64,000 bases of DNA, taken from Pavona decussata (taxonomy: Eukaryota). Positions within the stretch are counted from its first letter, which is position 1, and each line of letters begins with the position of its first letter. Both the position numbers and the translations under genes were made by a program. The stretch is from the NCBI GenBank assembly GCA_977016875.1, contig CDRNST010000233.1, positions 6,758,001-6,822,000 of the forward strand. The letters run 5' to 3'. The notes below the pieces were generated by a model. It was not told where the DNA came from. It did no database searches and saw only the letters and a list, made by a program, of their open reading frames with translations. This document shows positions 44,799 through 59,100 of this stretch, one piece after another.

Positions 44799-46591
44799 TT
44801 ATTATACAATGCTGATGCTATCTCAATTTTGATTGGCTAAAAGCACCCCGCTAATTCTAGATGGCGCTGTGTCATCGCGTCACATCTACAGACACTGGCG
44901 TTTATGCATGTAGGTATGACGCGTTTTTTCAGACAATGGTTTTCGTCACCTGACAAGCTAGCCGGCGGTTTGAGCAAGATTGTCATGGCGGAGTCCGCTC
45001 CAAGATTTGCGTCAGTCTCAGAAGCGGATTTAGGACGCCTTGTTGACGACAAGGACGCAAAGAACACCAAACGAGCTACCAAGACAGCTCTTAGAGTTTT
45101 ACAGCAGTATTTGAAGGAGAAGAAAGTTCCCGAACCGCAAACCAAAGATGGCATCAGTAACGTTCTCAAACTATTTTATGCCGAAGCTAGAAAAGTCGAT
45201 GGAACTTCTTATTCCAAAAGCACTCTCAACAGCCTGAGATTTGGACTGGGCAGACACTTCAAGGCGACTCTTGGCTTCGATATAATAAACGATCCAGCAT
45301 TTGCCGAGGCAAACAAAGTTTTTGGCGCCAAGTGCGTTGAACTAAAACGACAAGGGCTCGCCAAAGTCGAACACACGCCACCGATCTGCGAAGAAGATCT
45401 TAAAAAGCTGTACGAAAGCGATGTTTTTAACCAAAACAGCCCGGAAACGCTTCAAAACAAAGTTTTTTTCGAGGTTATGTTGTACTTTTGTCGCCGAGGA
45501 AGGCAAAATCTTCGTGAACTCAAAAAAGCTGATTTTTCATTCAGCACGGATGGCAAAGGTGCAAAATTTGTGTGCAAAACAACAGATGAACTCACAAAGA
45601 ACCGACGAGAAAATGATGAAGGATTTGAAGGAGGCGTGATGTTCGAGAAACCAGGACCACACTGTCCTGTGGCTTCATTTGAACGGTACATACAGCACCT
45701 GAATCCCTCAAACGAATTTTTGTTTCAGCGGCCGAAGAAAAACGCCGGCATATCTGATCAAGTGTGGTACGATAACATGGTTGTCGGAGAGCGTTTGCTC
45801 GGTGAAAAAATGAAAACGATCTCTCGAGAAGCCAAACTTTCAAAGTGTTACACCAATCACTCGATCAGGGCAACGGCGGTTACAATCCTGGACAAGTCCG
45901 GGTTCGAAGCAAGGCATATCATGGCGGTGAGCGGGCACAGAAATGAATCCAGCATTCGGAGCTATAGCAGGACTGACATTTCAACCAAGAGAAAAATGTC
46001 GGAAACCCTGACGACAGAGTGCAAGGTGAGAGGTGAGGAAGTGGCTATTAATCCGCACCAGTTATCTCCTGTTATTAGCCTTTCTCAAGAGGAATTTATT
46101 TTACAGAACTCTCATTCAGAGATAACGAAAAATTTTAATTTCTTCAACTGTAATGTCAACATTCATTAAACGCAAATCGGGAACGTTTTTCATAAGACCG
46201 GACAACTTAACTTTAGAATTTTGTTCAAAAGTTTCAGTTCGATTCAGTTTTTCCTGAAACGTTTTCAGATGTTTTAAGCTTAAATCCTTTCTGTAAACCT
46301 TTTGAATTCCGCTTTACACGTTATTCACGGCTGTCATTAATAAAGATGTTTACACTGAAACGTGTCATTGCGTGGCTTACTTTGTTGTTGTTCTGTGAAA
46401 TGTCTCAACGCTTGTACATTTATAATTGTATAATAAAACAATTATTGGATTCGGTTTTCGCATGATAGCGAAATTATCAAGGCCTCGGTTTGTGTTATCC
46501 GCCTCAGCCTTCGGCTTCGGCAGATAACACAAACCTCGGCCTTGATAATTCTCGCTATCATGCTCAACCTCATCCAATAATTGCTTATTAT
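44799..46591 (+). mobile_element. Crypton (tyrosine recombinase) DNA transposon, apparently complete
   Basis: TTATTAT direct repeat at 44799-44805 and 46585-46591; ~143-bp inverted-repeat hairpin at 46440-46582; intact recombinase ORF. Confidence 0.85.
44985..46169 (+). CDS. Crypton tyrosine recombinase (DUF3504/KCTD1-ZMYM-like), ~394 aa
   Basis: Catalytic set FCRRG (R), YTNHSIRAT (HxxR), SGHRNESSIRSY (H, Y). N-terminal KNTKRAT and FYAEARKVDG.SYSK.TL motifs are typical of Cryptons. Confidence 0.9.
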   Translation: MAESAPRFASVSEADLGRLVDDKDAKNTKRATKTALRVLQQYLKEKKVPEPQTKDGISNVLKLFYAEARKVDGTSYSKSTLNSLRFGLGRHFKATLGFDIINDPAFAEANKVFGAKCVELKRQGLAKVEHTPPICEEDLKKLYESDVFNQNSPETLQNKVFFEVMLYFCRRGRQNLRELKKADFSFSTDGKGAKFVCKTTDELTKNRRENDEGFEGGVMFEKPGPHCPVASFERYIQHLNPSNEFLFQRPKKNAGISDQVWYDNMVVGERLLGEKMKTISREAKLSKCYTNHSIRATAVTILDKSGFEARHIMAVSGHRNESSIRSYSRTDISTKRKMSETLTTECKVRGEEVAINPHQLSPVISLSQEEFILQNSHSEITKNFNFFNCNVNIH

Positions 46592-47372
46592 CAGGAAGCC
46601 TTTTTTAGTCATAAAAGAATGATTCCGTGCTCTGAAGCAATGTGGTCAACAAGTGTTGAAGTTTATTGTCTTTTACCGTTTTTATTGTATTTCCGTTAAA
46701 GTTCATTGCCGTTGTGCTTGAACTTGACATTTTCAGTGCGATTAATTTGTTACGAATATCTAGCCAGTTGCACAATTTTGACACAAATTTCCCTCCAATT
46801 ATAAACCCGGCCAATTTTGAAACGCAAATTTCCCTCCTATAATAAACCCCTCCGAATATAAAACCCTTCCAAATATAAGCCCCTCGAAAAAATCCTTTGA
46901 AAAATTTAAGCCCCGGGGCTTATTTTCGGTTTTTACGGTATTGCTGTACCTCCTCGCATTTCTTGAATTATTTATATTTATCCAAGACCAAATCATGATG
47001 AGGCATTTCGTTTTTCCTGAGTGAAACAAGAATTTCATGTCGTACTTTAAAATAAACCTAAGATAAATGAAGATCGAGTGAGTAAAGGCCTGGTACTTTC
47101 AGCCTTTGACCACCATACAGAGAACCGTACGACGTGGCCTGACGCCTAATCGTTTGTTTCCTCTCAAAACTTTCCGATCGTTTTGAATATTATATGTAAA
47201 GTTTGTGATATTTAACAATTTGAAAATCAAGAAAATGTTAAATAAAGTTGTTATTGTCATTGTCGTCTTCTGTTAACGATGCATATTCTTTCTTTCAGTT
47301 TTCAGCTCAATTTCACTTTATAAGAGTATTGCAGCCATGGTCAACTTTCCTTTAGGCAGCTATATCAGCCAT

Positions 47373-48458
47373 TTAAACCACTGATACACTAGCATACGTT
47401 CTGCGGTGAGAGTTGCTCCTTGAGCTAATACTCCTAAAGAATTTTCTCCTGAAAGTTGAGGAATTTAATTCTGATGTCACAACGTTTTCCGTTCCCATGC
47501 AAAGGCGTACATTCAGCGAGGAATAGGATCCAAGAATACCACTAACGGAGTTGAGCGTTTCACCCCGCAGATTTTTCAAGGCGATCTCATCCTTAATCAT
47601 TTTGTGTCGGCAGTTGAAGATCTCTGAAACTGCTTTGCGGAACTCTGGCATCCTTAAAGAGTAAATTATTGGGTTCATAAACGAGTTGCAGTACTGCAGT
47701 AGCTTGATGAAGTTTACTACGTTTTGTGGAGGTATTGGACAAGTCACGCAGAAATGGACTGCGAATAAAAGAGATTGGAAAGGCAACCACGTTAATATGA
47801 ACACACCTGTGACGAGAGATAAAGTTTTTGCCAATTTCTTGTCGTGTTGTCTTCCAGCGCCATTGTGATCTCGGAAGTGAACTTTGACCCACAGAGCAAT
47901 GTAAGAAGTGCATGTAATAAGAAATGACGTCAGCAGGGCGGTAAGTACAATATCGATAGTAGCAAAGTAGGGCACTACTTTGTAGCGATAGAGCAGATTT
48001 ATCATGGATATAAGCAAAGCAGAAAGCCAAGCAAACCCTATAAAACTAAAATAGTTGCGCTTGCGTAAGACCCGATGCATCAGTGGCCAGCCAATAGCGA
48101 ATAGTCTTTCAGCTGAAATCATTCCAAGGGTAAATACGGATGCGAGTCCGGCCAAAATATCAACTGCCTCGAACACGTGATGTACAGCTCCCTTTCGATG
48201 ATCGGTTTGAATGCTTAAGTAGATATAAAGCGGTGCCGCTACTGCCCCAACCATCATGTCAGCTACGGCTAAACTGATGAGAAAGAAATGAGTGCGTCTT
48301 CGCACTAAACGTCTGGAGGTGAACGCGGCAATTGCCAGGGAATTTCCCGCCACAATGACGACAGCGACTATTGCAAAGATTGTGCTCCACACGATGTTTG
48401 CCCTATCTGAAAGGAGAACATCTTGAGTTTTGTTTTGTGGTTTCAACGAATTTCCCAT
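47373..48458 (-). CDS. Class A GPCR, paralogue 4
   Basis: Motifs GN, SLAVADMMVG, SAERL, TWLPFQ, NSFMNPIIY; N-terminal NKT sequon; likely splice acceptor ~18 nt upstream of the ATG. Confidence 0.94.
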   Translation of the reverse strand: MGNSLKPQNKTQDVLLSDRANIVWSTIFAIVAVVIVAGNSLAIAAFTSRRLVRRRTHFFLISLAVADMMVGAVAAPLYIYLSIQTDHRKGAVHHVFEAVDILAGLASVFTLGMISAERLFAIGWPLMHRVLRKRNYFSFIGFAWLSALLISMINLLYRYKVVPYFATIDIVLTALLTSFLITCTSYIALWVKVHFRDHNGAGRQHDKKLAKTLSLVTGVFILTWLPFQSLLFAVHFCVTCPIPPQNVVNFIKLLQYCNSFMNPIIYSLRMPEFRKAVSEIFNCRHKMIKDEIALKNLRGETLNSVSGILGSYSSLNVRLCMGTENVVTSELNSSTFRRKFFRSISSRSNSHRRTYASVSVV

Positions 48459-50900
48459 TTTCAGTGAAATGATCTGTGAAATAAGGCAAAAGGCTGGTTA
48501 GCTGATTCAAACAATGGAAGTCACATTTGCAGTGTATTTTAGATGAACCCACGTGTTATTGAAAACACGTCTCAGTGAAACAGCGAAATCCAAGATTGCG
48601 GTCCGTAATGGTCGCCGTTTTGAAAACCGCGTTAAAACTCCTTGCCTATTCTTCAGATCACGTGACATCATACATTGAGGACTCAAAGAAAGAATTGCTG
48701 AGACGTGGTGGCTTTATCGTCGTTGCCTTGACTAATATTTGGGGAGTTGTGGATATATATTTTTTTCAAAATGAAGCATTTTTTGTGCACTCAATTTAGG
48801 CAACATTTTAGGATGTGCAATTCAAGTAAGTTCTTAGCTTCATCGAGTCTATTTAGTTAAAGAAGGAAATTGGAACCTTTAAGATTTTTTACGCCGATAA
48901 GGAAACAAAATGAATACTTATATGTGCTGCCAGAAAATTCATTGCTATTTTTTTTTTCTCTGGCCGGAATGATCGATTTAATTTAATCCATTAATTGTTC
49001 GTCCATTATTATTGCTCGTTTATTTGTATGTACATTTTGGTCAAGAAGCTATTCTTCTGTCTTACTAAAATATTTCAATGAAAAAGTTAAGTATTTTTAG
49101 TAACCTATGCGAACTTTGTCTGATTTATTCTATCTGAAGTGTTCATAGGATTTGATTACATGGTTTCTAAATGCCATAAATTAGCATTTTGCGGACAACT
49201 CCATTCCGGTTCCATTTTGATATATCGCCAAATGGTTCATTACGCTTAAATTTATATTTGTTATTTTGAGACGGGAAAGGTATTTAGGCAACATAAAAAA
49301 GGATGTAATCCGAGATGACATCTATACGCCATTATTTCAGTTTTCACTATAGCCTTGAATTGCCCACCGATGGCTGAAATCGAGTTCCTCATCTGACCAC
49401 GTTTGCGTCTTTCTCAGTCGCACCGTTTGATATTTTTTCTTCGGAATGAGAAATAATAATAATATATATTATGGTTCTTTCATCTTTTGTTATCCCGTAA
49501 AACTGGCTGATCGAAAAGCTCCTGTAAAGTAGTAAGGTTCAAAATGTTTGCTGCTACTGGGAGACGATCTTCTTTATTGTAAGATCCTTTAATTTACAGA
49601 AACAAGGAAAGACTACTCGACCACTCAAAAAGTGAAAGCCAAAAAGTGACCTCACAGCAGTACGTAAATGTTTTATCCAAAAATAAAAGAATAGATCCAA
49701 TGAGAGGTTTATTTCGAAAACGACGGAAAAGGAAAAAAAGTCTATATCGATCAATAGATCAACTCAACCAAACTATAACATTTTACTAATTAGTGGCGTG
49801 AATGTCAGATACAGTGCGCTCGAGATTATGAGAATATATAGAGGCAAAAGGAAAAGGAAAAGAATCTCATCTAATAAAGGTTTTACAAAGTGATACACTG
49901 TGAAATTAAGAAGACACAAAATACTTACAAACTCAAGATTGCTTCTATTAAAAAATCAGCTAGGGCTGCGGCGCTCTATATGTCAAAGGTAAAACTTGAA
50001 TTACCAATTGGTTGCTAGTTGTCACGACAACGTGCTATATTTGTACATAGCCACGGAAACTTAAAATATTGTTTCATTAACTCAAAACTCAAAATTAAAA
50101 CGCTTTTTGTTCGCTAACTTCTCTTCCGCTGATTAGAATTTTACACTAAACTAATTAGGTTTCGGATGTTGTTTTTTTCCTTTAAAATTAAATTTGTTTC
50201 TTAGATTAAAGTTAAAAAGGCGAATGTCAAGGGAATTCGGTCGTTTTTTGCGGTAGAAAAGAAAGTGCCATTAGCTCCTAAACAAACACGAGATTTTTGA
50301 TAAGTAGCAATTACAGCATATCTGACTTTTGAAAGACAATTCTTTTTAACTGCAAGCACTTAAAGTTATTGTCAGGGTTCCTCCGTATTTATCGAATTTA
50401 AAGAATAACGATATGCTGCAAATGAGTCGGCTTCTTTTGAAGTACTTTCAGATGACACACATTAACTTCGTCCGACAATCAATCTACAATCTGACAATCT
50501 GACAATCTACATCTTAAAAGCATTTGAAAGTATTAACGGCAAAGTGAGAAACGTGTGTAACTAAAACACGCTATGAAAACGCTACCAAAGCTCTTTTCGG
50601 TCATAAAACTAACGAAGACAAAGTTTGTTCAAAACAAGCCCATACTTCAGTGTGTCTTCTTGAAGTAGGTCTCAAAATTAAAGGCTGTTTTTTTTTTTTT
50701 AACTACTCTATAATGACTGTGTTACTTTGTGTTTGATTTTCGGTATTAAAAGGATGGCACTCATAACTGATACCACACGCGCTATTTCCGCAAATAGAGC
50801 CGTAACGGTTCCGAATACATGCTTAGAGAATCATGCGCGCGTGTAACAAAGCACGCGTGACGAGAACAATACGTGTGCTTACCATGCAATAAGAATTTAA

Positions 50901-51139
50901 AGGCTGGTTTACAGGCTACAATTTGCTGGCGAGGTCTGAGGGCCCGACGGTCTCCAAGCAAGAATCGTACGAGGGTTTTGAAACTCGATTTACTGCCGAT
51001 TCGTGAAATGAAAGTAGTTCCGATTCACTGCAACAGATGACATCATGTCAGTCAAAAATCAAAATCGGCTGTCAAGATACACGCACGAATGGCACTCTTA
51101 TACTGTCGACCCGACAAATTGGAGCTTGTAAACCAGCCT
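50901..51139. mobile_element. Harbinger-like MITE
   Basis: TIRs AGGCTGGTTTACAGGCTACAATTTG / CAAATTGGAGCTTGTAAACCAGCCT; same terminal 10 nt as the MITE at 43675. Confidence 0.7.
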
Positions 51140-53039
51140 TATAAGAGCAAGCTGAACTATAGCCGAGAAGCCATCAACTTGTGATCCTGAACTACTGCAG
51201 GTGGTACAAAATGACGAGCGTTACTGAACCGAACTTTCATTGAGAGAGGAGAGGTGGCGCTCATCCAAGGAGAGGCGCGTCACTTATTCGAGGAGGAGCG
51301 CGCATTTGAGGTTAGGAAGGAGGTTGGGGCGTGCACTTAATCGAGGAAGAGTTCTTATTTGAAGGGGGAAAGGCTGGGATGTCTCGAAAGAGACTTTATT
51401 TACGGGGGGGGGGGGGGGGAGGTGGAGGTGTCACTTATTGGATGATTTATGGTCTATTTTGTCTTTAATGGTCTTTTGGAAGAGCCTCCCTTATTCCTTT
51501 CTCAACTAATTAGAAAGAGAAGTTCGTGGTTAAGAAGCACATTCAATCCAATCTCTTATATCTAATAACCGAATGAGTTTTTTTTCTGTTACGAAATTCA
51601 GGTTTTGAACAGTGCAGTAATAAAAACTGTATGTGGCTATGTTTTAGTAACACGATGAAAAGCCGAAAGTCACCTTGCGCTCGATAATAATAGTGACAAC
51701 TGATTTCCGGGATGTGGGGTGAAATTATTGCGATTTTGGCTTCTGATAATGTCGGTAAACTGGTCTCTTTATCGCTATCATATAAGTTCATCACCTGTGC
51801 GTGTACGTGGCTCGTACATGCACGCAGATTTATTTATCTTTTGGTACACTCAATTTAAATAATTTAGAGACTGTGAGTGACTCGTGTTTCCCAGACGCCT
51901 TAAATTAGCATTTAGACGATTTATTTCACGCTTTTATGTTGTTATATCGGATGAAGGTTAATTGCATGGGTTTTGCCATTACACAGTTGGTACATTTATT
52001 ATTTTGAGAACCAACCAGTTTGGAAGTTATTAATATGTTTTTTTTTCATTCTTAGATACAGTCACTGCAGCTTTTTAAATGGCCCTTCCTTGCTAAAGAG
52101 TTCAATTCGAGGGACTCCTTCTTCTTAAGAAATGCTCCATGTACTTCTTAATCATGGACATGGCCTCAATACAATGGCTTGGCTCTAAGGCAATCCCTCA
52201 AGATAAATCATTTTTCACCTGTGCAAGCGCATTTTCTAAGAACTTTTCACAGAGTACCCTTGCATTGTAACAAAATAAGACCTGTTAATTTTTTTTTTCA
52301 ATCACAACCAAGAAAATGACAGGGTTTTTTTTTTTTTTTCACTCAATTGAATTCGAGCTTTCGTCCTATTCGAATTTGCTGACTGGCCCATTTCCGCGAC
52401 TAAAATTTCACCATCGGCAAACCTGCAATAGTCTCTGCTGGTTTCAGTGGTTAAATTGCTCTTTCATGGATCAGAATTTCACACTGAGCAATATTCGTTA
52501 ATTCAATATTTTGTAGCACAATTAAAGGCAAAAAAGCTTTGGTTATGCATTTGTTATCTGTGATGTATTGTTATTGTAAAAGTTTGGTTTAAGTTGTTGT
52601 GCAAATTGTGAGCTGAGGGGTTCACATTCGAGTTAACAATTTGCCATATCACATGTACAGTATATTATTTTTATTCTTAATTAAAATCAGCAGCGGTCGT
52701 TTGTCTCTGACCATAACAGAAACTTTGAAAAATTCCAAAACAATGTAAGAAACCAAAATTACCAAATTTCAGTCGTGGAATGCCAGTGGTTGTTTAGCTT
52801 GTGTTTTGCGAGGACCCAATTTTACTTGAAAGCATTTTGAGTGAGAAATGAGAGCAAGTTTTACATGTAGGTAATTTTAACTGATAAGGAAGCTACATAC
52901 AGGTTTAGCAAATGACTGTGCTTCCAGTTGCAATTGTCCTATATTAGGCTCACTGCTGGACTCTAATTTGATAAACTCAGTACGTGCTGTTTATAAATTT
53001 GCACAAAAGAACTGATAGGCCGTGGTGGGCGTATAACCG

Positions 53040-53126
53040 TCTTCCTATTCATGAATAGTCTTCATGAATAGTATGAATATTAATAGTATGAATAGTATAA
53101 ATAGTATTCATGAATAGTCTTCCTAT
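53040..53126. repeat. Short (ATGAATAGT)n-type low-complexity repeat
   Basis: Repeated TATTCATGAATAGT / ATGAATAGT units bounded by TCTTCCTAT direct repeats. Confidence 0.7.
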
Positions 53127-56100
53127 ATATTAATGAATACAACTTCGTTGAAATAAAACCGAGAAATTGTTATTATTTTTAAAGTGGAAACCCATCAAAG
53201 TTAAAAAGTACTGGTTGTAATGGCCGACGAATACAAAAATATTTGGATGCTTTTTCGTGATTTTTTTTCAAACAAGCATTCATCGTAAGCGCCCCAGGAA
53301 CTTAAAAAAAAAATGAAATCTGTTTGCAGCGGTTACATTCGCTTTGCTTATTCGAGTTCCAAGTAATAATCTCCCGGAGAGAAAACTAAAATCGTTTAAT
53401 TCGTGGATCGGAATATATTTCGTTGCTGTTCTAAAAATGATTTTGAATGTTTTTGAAATATTCGATTACCAGATACATCGGTGCTACGAAAGCTAATGAT
53501 ATATCGACAACGATTTTAAAATATTTAACGTGCTTCTTTGTGTAAATCAATTACTATTTGGTGAACAGTAGCCTACTTGCCTGATTTCTTACAAGTTAAT
53601 GGCTGGTTTTTCAATATTTTATAACCTAATAGTGAATGTTTTTGACTGTAACTGTCAATCAATGCTTTGATAACTTGGCAAGTGTTTACCGACGGAAGTA
53701 TCGGTGCTCTAAGCGGGGTGTCTTCAAGCTAGGTAATAATTTTCTCCTGAGGACAGGAAAGTCTCGCTATAAATATACAGATTACTAATAAAAGAGAGGC
53801 AAGAAAAGGTTTAACTATATCAGGACAGTTACTGCTGAAGGTAGGATGCGCTTTTGTTTTAAATTTTACTAGGAAAACACGGGTAAAATGACATTTCGTC
53901 TGCATTGATAAGAAATCGTTTGATTTTTGTTTCACTGGGTATGAAACAGATTCGGTGACATTGTCAGTTAATAATCATGAAAATGTAATCTATTGGTATT
54001 CCTCAGTTATGGGAACAAGGGAATCTCGATTCGTTAACTTTGTAGTCATTGATTCAACCAGGTTTTGTTTTTCAAAAGGCTGTAGGAAAAAAAAAACATG
54101 TAACAGACACCAAGGAATATATGTACTTCAAGTGGATCAGCCATTTTTTTCACATAGGATCGCTGGAATACACTGTTATACTAAAGGAACAATTAACTAA
54201 GTGTGTAAAGGCAATAGATAACATAGTAGATGGAAATACAGTTCGCCGGCAACTGGGACTCGAACCTCAATCTCCTACATTCAAAGCAGACGTGGTAGCC
54301 GCTACATCACGGGAAAAACATACAATAGGAGCGGGATACGTTATATCTTGCTTGTGCACGTTTAATTACTTTAGAAAACTGTTTATCGTATTTTCCCTAA
54401 GCGTCAAGAGATCTTAGCGTTTAAGTCAACTCTCAGTAATGTCTATGAGGTAACAGAAGGTAACTGGACCGTTGCATTCGTCCATTGCTCTTTCAACATA
54501 AGCTATCAGATTTTTTTTTTCAACTACATCTACTGTAATGTCTAACTGGTACAGCGAATACTTGTCATTTTTTTTTTTTTCAAAATGAAGACAATGTATA
54601 AACGTAATAATATTTTTCTCGTGTCTGCATTTTCTATTTTTTTTTTTCAACTTAAGTTGTTTTGACAACTTACGAAAAATTAGTTAAAGAAAAAATGTGG
54701 AAAGGCAGTCTCATGTTTTATTCTAACATGCGCTTGTGTGCGTAGATGTGGTCTTGTGCAAATAATATATGCATCAAGAAGGTTAATACGAAATACATGA
54801 AATAGTACTATACAGACATGAGCGTAGAGAAGGCATCGTATGTTGGATAAAGTACGAGTAGACATGATTTTAAGAGGAATTATTCCTTCTTTGCGTAATC
54901 AAATGTCGTAGATATTATATGCCGATCAATTTAAGGTGCGAAACAATGGATTTGATGGCAAATTATTATACCATTTATTTCGTTAGCTTTGACGGATAGA
55001 TGTACTTCCTTGCTGCGGTACATACAAGATATGAGAACCGTTCACTTTTTTTTTTAAATATTCTATGAAGTATTTCTCAAAGGACTTGTTCTTAGGGGAA
55101 GGAGATGAAAATTAATAACAGCTCACCTGGAGTTATGGAACAGCAATCTACAAAACCATTTCAACAGTAATAATAAAATCGATCTTTCAGTTGAAGCATC
55201 CGAGCATTTCAGCGAAAACGAAAAACTTGCGTAGAGAGACCATAACTTGACGACAATTCCCGTTGTTCTTTGAGAGCATCGTTACTTGATGAACTCTCGA
55301 CGATGCTGTATTTTAAGAGATTATTTGAGTGTTTGAGGTTTGCCGTCTTATTTACATGGCAGGCAAAGATATCCACTTTAGTGGCAATGTTGCTAGGATA
55401 CCGTGACAGAAGTTTGCTACCATTTAATTTTGGAGGACAAAGTCTTTGCCACCAGGCAGGTGACTTGACTATAAACTACGCCACTTCACATAGCCAAGAA
55501 CTATTGTCAAACGAAATGTGAGCAGCGTTCTTTTTTGTCGAAAACGCAGATTAACTCTGAAAGGACCCTCTTCATGCAAAGGCCAAGTCAGAACTGTTTA
55601 TTTTGGTGCTGAAAACTACAGAGCATCATTGACAAAATACGGTCATCTTTTGTTTCATTCAGTGCGAGAAGACAATTTTGCACTTAAGATTCAGAAGTGA
55701 TTCGATAATTGGAAAATAAAAGGTTTTCTCGAGGAAGTGATAAAACGGCCTCCTGTGTATGAAATAAACGCCAAAGTCCTTTTTTGTCTTTGCCGGAAAG
55801 AGAAATAAATATATTTAATTCTGTAGATCTCGCATATTTACTCAACAGTTTTAATTCAGGTGAAGGACTTTCAATTTTCTCAGTACGTTTTGCTTATGAA
55901 AATCAGAAGATAGATCAAATCAAAGTGTAAGTATTTTTATTACAACAACATTAAAGAGAAGATCAGATTCCTATATGTATAACTTGATCCACTCAGTTGT
56001 AGTTATTGAACAGATAGCTGCTTAATCGTGCTCATGTTTGGAAATACAACGGTAAGCTTTCTGACTGCTATATGGCGTTCTGTTTGTCGATATAACCTGA

Positions 56101-59100
56101 CAAAACAGAGCTACTAGAGGGTGAGACTTTTCTGAAGTAAGTCACCTGTGTCAATAATGTCGGTACTTTCTGGATAACCCGAAAGACTTAAAATTACCAT
56201 AACGCATCACCGTAAAGAATAGCATAAAACAAAAGCTACAATATTAAAACATAGTTCTAATTTCATGTGACAAATAAAATAAAATAATAATAAAATCATG
56301 CAACAACAACGATACATGCAATTCGTGCGTTCACTGTAGAATGGTTTGGAGAAGAAAAAAAAGAAAAAAAGAAAAAGAAGAAGGAGGAGAAGAACTATTC
56401 GTTATAGAGGCTCGCAGTTTTCCCGGCCTTGAAGTGAATTTTTTTTTTTTAAAATCAAAATTTCACACAGAAGGCATGTTTCGATCTCTCTCATATTGTA
56501 AAACCTTTTCACCCTATGATCTAATTAATAAAGTCCATTACTTGTATCTCGAAATCTAGTCGGACACTTTGCAACGAAACTTTCAGGATTTGAAGTGCTC
56601 AACGTAGACAACGTGTTTGTCCAGAAAGTGTTAATTTGAGCCTCTTTAAGGGATGTCTAGTGTGCTTGTTGTATGTCTGTATATGATGAGGGGGAATGGG
56701 GTGGGATTGACCTTACTTAGCTTGAATCATTGAAATGATAATAAAGTGCTGTCCCCTTTGGGCAAATACTATTATGACGAGGCTGGAAATTTTGAAAGCT
56801 GTTTTTACTAAGCAAAGTACCCGGCCGAAGCAAGGCAAGCGAGGATGAGGACATTATCCCGAAAGGTTCAACTTCACGGCGCAGGTTTGTTCATGAGCAT
56901 TTGGACTTAAGACAACGATGTCTGTTCTAATTAGGTTGACTAGAGATAGAAGGGCGATCCATGACTGGCCAAACAACATTCTGGGCAACAACAAAAAAGC
57001 CTGCAAGCGTGATAAATAGATAGAAAGGGAAAAAAGCTATATGGTTCCATTTATCTCATTCTAGGGTGAAGAGGGACGACGTGATAATGAACGAATACAC
57101 AAAATGAGAAAGGAGTGCGTGAATGAGTGAATTAAGGAATGAGGAATGGATGAACTAGCAAACAAAGAAACCAATGTACTAATAAGTGAATTTGTATTTA
57201 TGAGTCCATATATACAATCAAGTTAATTCAATTCAATTCGCTAAGCTTGAGAGTAGCTTTGTTTTTCAGAAGGTGGGTTCATGTGGATATATTGGCGGTC
57301 TTACACTAATATGAATTCCAATTTTGAAGAGTAGGAGAACAAAATACTTACATTGTTACATGATTGTATGCGACCAATACTGTTACAATAAAAGAATGCT
57401 TTCTGTTCTCCTTAATAGTAATAACACATCAATATTTAAAATATTTGTTGTCATTTTTTATCCAAGTTTTGAAGGAAGTAAACAGGTATTTTTTACCTAA
57501 AAAATTATACTATAAGCGAAATAACAAATGACAAAAGATTGAAAAAAGTAATTTATTTCCCGGTGTACAGATTAGAAAGGTTACGTTTCATTCAAAATAA
57601 ATAAACAAATAAATAAATAAAAGGTCTGATCGACATCGAAAAAGGAAAAAAAAGACGAATGGCCTACAAAAAAGTGTCAAGAAATGTTTGGTAGAACAGG
57701 AAAATTAAACTTACACTTTCAAAATTTTGCTTCCTTGAATTATCTAGATTGAAATATCATTGTTTATTTATTTGCCAAAGCCAGGAAATTTGTTTGTAGA
57801 TAGCTCAAATCTTCATTGCTTGCCACAAAGTTGTGGGCGAAAACTAAATGTCACACTTTCTTTCTTTACTTTTTTTTCTTTTTCAACCGAGACGTTCAGG
57901 TTTTATCTTATTCTTACATCACAGACAAAATTTTGACGAAAAAGTGTTTTCTTTTAAAAATCCCTCTTTGGTATTTTTGTCTAATAACGCGTGGTAGTCA
58001 GAGTTGGAATACTTCCAAAGGTAGAACCATTTAATTAATATGGAAGACTAAGAGAAAAATCCACAAATTTCTTTCGAGATTAAATATGTGCGTCACAGTA
58101 CTTAATAAAACTTATCTCTTTTTGTAGATAATGGTTTGTTTGAAAAGGAAACATCGCTTTTCAACTTCAGTCAAGTCATGTATCTCAAGTATCATCGTAT
58201 TGTCTTCCTTCCTGCGTTTCCGCGGAGGAGACATATCAAATCAAATCCTCATTTGACTTAATTTAACAAAAAAAGAAAAGTTTATCTGTATTCTTGTAGA
58301 AGATTGAGCAGCAGTGTTGAAAATTGGAAGATGTTGCAACTGGAATTACCAACTCTCATTTAATTTTGCGTCTAGGGAAATGAAAGTATTTTTTTTTGGT
58401 TAGTATGATCGGCACATGAAAATGAAATGTTTACTCATGAAATTGGGAGACGTGTTGACAAAGAGTAGCGTCATCAGCCGCCCTGTCACCGTAAAAGTAT
58501 GAAATTTGAATTTTAATCGACTACAAGCTATCAACATCCTGCTTCTTCAGTTGGAATGCCACCGAAAATCTCTTCTTAAATCTTTGCAAAGAAGAGATAA
58601 AATATTGAAACAAAAACACAGAAGGAAAGAAGCTGAAGAAAATTTTTGTCTGACAAAAGTGAAGTAGACGTAAGTATCATATTGCAACTTTTGCTTCTTC
58701 TAATAGATTTTCCAACGTCTGTTTTGCTTTGAAAGATGACACGACCGAGGACCATGTATATGTTAAAAGGTGGAAGAAGAAAAATATCAATCAACACCGT
58801 CTTTGTGAAAATGTAAAATTTATTCTTTGAAATAATTACGAACGAAATATTACTAAATGGAAAATATTACCCTGTATTTTAAAATGCTGTTTTTACTCAG
58901 TCACTTCTCATCCTTTTTATCACGAGTCTATACAAACGCATTTTTGCCTTTCTAATATACAATAGATTCCAGCTCTTCAAGTTCTTCTTAGCAGAACTCT
59001 AAATTTATATACCTAGATTCAGAATTAGGTATCATTTGCCCTACGTGTAATGCTTTTTACACTATTCTGGTATCATGATATTATTAATTTTATACCCTTT

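Larger units (their letters stand above)
44633..46938. mobile_element. TA-flanked Tc1/mariner/pogo-type MITE, split by the Crypton insertion
   Basis: TA|CCGTAAAATTCCGAAAATAAGCCCC ... GGGGCTTATTTTCGGTTTTTACGG|TA; ATAAGCCCC subterminal repeats on both arms. Confidence 0.85.

Noticed and set aside
54240-54315. Minus-strand tRNA-like sequence (GGTTCGAGTCCC B box)
   Set aside because: The A box and stems are too decayed to support a gene or family call.
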